Source: Raphidiopsis brookii D9 (GTDB lineage Bacteria > Cyanobacteriota > Cyanobacteriia > Cyanobacteriales > Nostocaceae). From it: a stretch of DNA of 32,000 bases. Location: contig ACYB01000046.1 of assembly GCA_000175855.1 (NCBI GenBank), forward strand, positions 30,001 to 62,000, written 5' to 3'. A program made the translations under genes and the position numbers. Below, in pieces: positions 29,902 through 32,000 of this stretch. The notes beneath the pieces were generated by a model. The model made no database searches, was not told the origin of the DNA, and saw nothing but the letters and a program-made list of their open reading frames with translations. Each line of letters opens with the position of its first letter. The first letter of the stretch is position 1.

Positions 29902-30387
29902 TTAGCTCAAACCAGAGGAAATATAGTCGAAGTAAACTCCCATTTCCTTACCAGCATCAGCACCGACCAAGCTAGCAGTTACTTCCTTCATGGCTTGGAT
30001 CGCTTGAACTGTAGCACCAGCGGGTACACCCAAGGAGTTGTAGGTTTCTTTCAAACCGTTTAATACACGCTCATCTAGGATGGAAGCATCTCCAGCTAAC
30101 ATGGCGTAGGTAGAATAACGCAAGTAGTAATCCAAATCACGGATACAAGCTGCGTAGCGGCGAGTGGTGTACATGTTACCACCGGGACGGGTAATATCCG
30201 AGTACAACAGGGACTTAGCTACAGCTTCTTTTACGATCGCAGCAGCATTAGCACTGATGGTGGTAGCTGCACGCACGCGCAGTTCACCAGTCGCAAAGTA
30301 GCCTTTCAGCTTTTCTAGAGCAGCGGTGTCCAGGTATTTACCTTGAACGTCAGAAGAATTAATTACAGAGGTAATAGCGTCTTGCAT
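29902..30387 (-). CDS. apcB: Allophycocyanin beta subunit
   Basis: 161 aa [100 protein letters not shown]. Confidence 0.99.
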   Translation of the reverse strand: MQDAITSVINSSDVQGKYLDTAALEKLKGYFATGELRVRAATTISANAAAIVKEAVAKSLLYSDITRPGGNMYTTRRYAACIRDLDYYLRYSTYAMLAGDASILDERVLNGLKETYNSLGVPAGATVQAIQAMKEVTASLVGADAGKEMGVYFDYISSGLS

Positions 30388-30455
30388 TGTTGTTATTTCC
30401 TTATTTCCAACCTGATTGCAAAAGTTTTCGGTTCTAGCTGTGGAATCGCTCTAAC

Positions 30456-30941
30456 CTATGACATTGCACCAACAACGTAGTCGAAGTAAGCACCTGCTTC
30501 AGCTGAGTCTTCAGCGGACAACAGAGTAGCAGCAACGGATTTCATTGCAGCAACGCCACCAGCTACAGCGTCAATGGGAGTACCCAAAGACTTGTACATT
30601 TCACGAACACCAACGATACCGATTTCTTCGATGGGGGTAACATCTCCAGAAACGATTCCGTAGGTTACAAGACGCAAGTAGTAGTCTAGGTCACGAAGAC
30701 AGGTAGCTGTCATTTCTTGACCGTAAGCGTTACCACCGGGAGAAACAACATCAGGGCGCTTTTGGAACAATTGGTCGCCAGCTTGCTTAACGATGCGCTC
30801 CCGGTTGTCGGTCAATACTTGGGCAATACGAAGACGTGCTGCACCACCGGAAACAAAGCTCTTAATCCGATCTAACTCACCAGGGCTGAGGTAGCGAGCT
30901 TCTGCATCAGCATTCACGATGGACTTCGTGACGATACTCAT
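30456..30941 (-). CDS. apcA: Allophycocyanin alpha subunit
   Basis: 161 aa [97 protein letters not shown]. Confidence 0.99.
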   Translation of the reverse strand: MSIVTKSIVNADAEARYLSPGELDRIKSFVSGGAARLRIAQVLTDNRERIVKQAGDQLFQKRPDVVSPGGNAYGQEMTATCLRDLDYYLRLVTYGIVSGDVTPIEEIGIVGVREMYKSLGTPIDAVAGGVAAMKSVAATLLSAEDSAEAGAYFDYVVGAMS

Positions 30942-31248
30942 TAATGGATTCCTCCAAAACTAATGACACCAGGTTTGAAACTGGTAGGATTTTCATTGGT
31001 CGATAGCAGTTTTGTATCTTAATACATTCTGGGTTACATTTGCTCCCCACATGTGAAGAAGTTACCAAATTTTTCTATCCTTCCGGAAAATATTTTCCAG
31101 CATTATGTTGAGCATTTATTACTGCTCTTAACACTTTGTAATATTTTTTTTCACAATCGCTCATTTTCCGGGTTTTGGGTCTGGGGAATTGTAAAACAGG
31201 CGTAACTTTACCTGTCACTACCTGTCCTATTTATTCCCCCCATCTACC

Positions 31249-32000
31249 TTATCTGTTGGTACCGCGACCGGTTAAAACGGATGGAGATAGACTAGACCAA
31301 GACTGTTTAACTAGATCTGCTTCAGCTTTTACACTACCTAGGTAATTACCAGCAGGTAAGGATGGGAAGCGGTTATAGGGGACAACGTCTTCACCAAAGT
31401 AACGACTGTATTCCCCAGTATTGACTATGGTTTCTACAGCTGTTCTGAGACCACTATCTGCCAATATTTTGTTATATTGACGGATTTCACCTTGGGTTGC
31501 AGGAGCTCTCCCTAAAATGTGACGGAACAAGAATTCAATCACTTTGGTGTTGGGATAGGGTGTGTAGAACCGCTTGCGATAAATCTCCGAACTGGCTAGT
31601 TCAATCACAAATTCACGCACGGTGATTTCCCCATTACGCAGTCTACTGTCTAAATCACTGCGTCTGATATAGTCGGGAATTTGCCCACTAAATACATCCA
31701 TTACCTGAACGTAAATCGCATTGATTACCTGGTTGATCTCAGGTTTATTTGTACCTACGGTCATTCGGTAGATACGAGCTGGTTTGCGGCGACTTGTGCC
31801 CACACCAACTTCTACTGATTGACCACGACCATCGTTGAAAGAACGACCCAATTCAATAAACAATGGTTTAGACTTGTCCATTTGTTTAGCTTTAATGGCT
31901 AAATCCGCGATCGCATTGCCTAAAAGTGGGGTATTTTCCGACTTAATCCGAGGTTGTAGGGTTTCAAAGCTGGGCACAACCAAATCATCATTTTGTTTAG
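31249..32000 (-). CDS. apcE: Phycobilisome core-membrane linker ApcE (LCM), C-terminal part only; reading frame continues beyond the window
   Basis: PBS linker repeat FVIELASSEIYRKRFYTPYPNTKVIEFLFRHILGRAPATQGEIRQYNKILADSGLRTAVETIVNTGEYSRYFGEDVVPYNRFPSLPAGNYLGSVK; the TTG at 31983 is internal, frame is open upstream. Confidence 0.95.
   Translation of the reverse strand, partial: KQNDDLVVPSFETLQPRIKSENTPLLGNAIADLAIKAKQMDKSKPLFIELGRSFNDGRGQSVEVGVGTSRRKPARIYRMTVGTNKPEINQVINAIYVQVMDVFSGQIPDYIRRSDLDSRLRNGEITVREFVIELASSEIYRKRFYTPYPNTKVIEFLFRHILGRAPATQGEIRQYNKILADSGLRTAVETIVNTGEYSRYFGEDVVPYNRFPSLPAGNYLGSVKAEADLVKQSWSSLSPSVLTGRGTNR

Overview
AT-rich cyanobacterial chromosome window with HIP1 sites (GCGATCGC) throughout; gene content suggests a Nostocales-type genome. 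Most of it is core metabolism: 3' part of an ATP synthase operon (atpI-atpB-atpE-atpG-atpF, minus strand), a SAM methyltransferase, phylloquinone genes (menF; menA-menC-menE; DHNA-CoA thioesterase-like), chlM, an OpuC-type osmoprotectant ABC transporter, two MscS-like channels, an ergothioneine egtB-egtD pair, ftsW, and the phycobilisome core genes apcE-apcA-apcB-apcC. The most notable accessory loci are: (1) an APH-fold kinase next to a HopA1-like protein, the kinase/lyase pairing seen in class V lanthipeptide and thioviridamide-type RiPP pathways, with the HopA1 gene split by one extra base and the kinase apparently carrying Gln at the usual metal-binding Asp; (2) a MurL-like PP-loop protein 3 bp downstream of a DUF427 protein; (3) an orphan cobalamin-type radical SAM protein after a ~470 bp non-coding leader; (4) an OvoA-like sulfoxide synthase beside egtD; (5) a DUF815-like AAA+ ATPase overlapping a membrane-anchored coiled-coil protein. 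Two genes (HopA1-like and the ABC ATPase) each carry exactly one surplus base in a homopolymer. No CRISPR array, tRNA/rRNA, transposase or prophage was seen. Family assignments are made by eye from motifs and remembered family patterns, without database searches.
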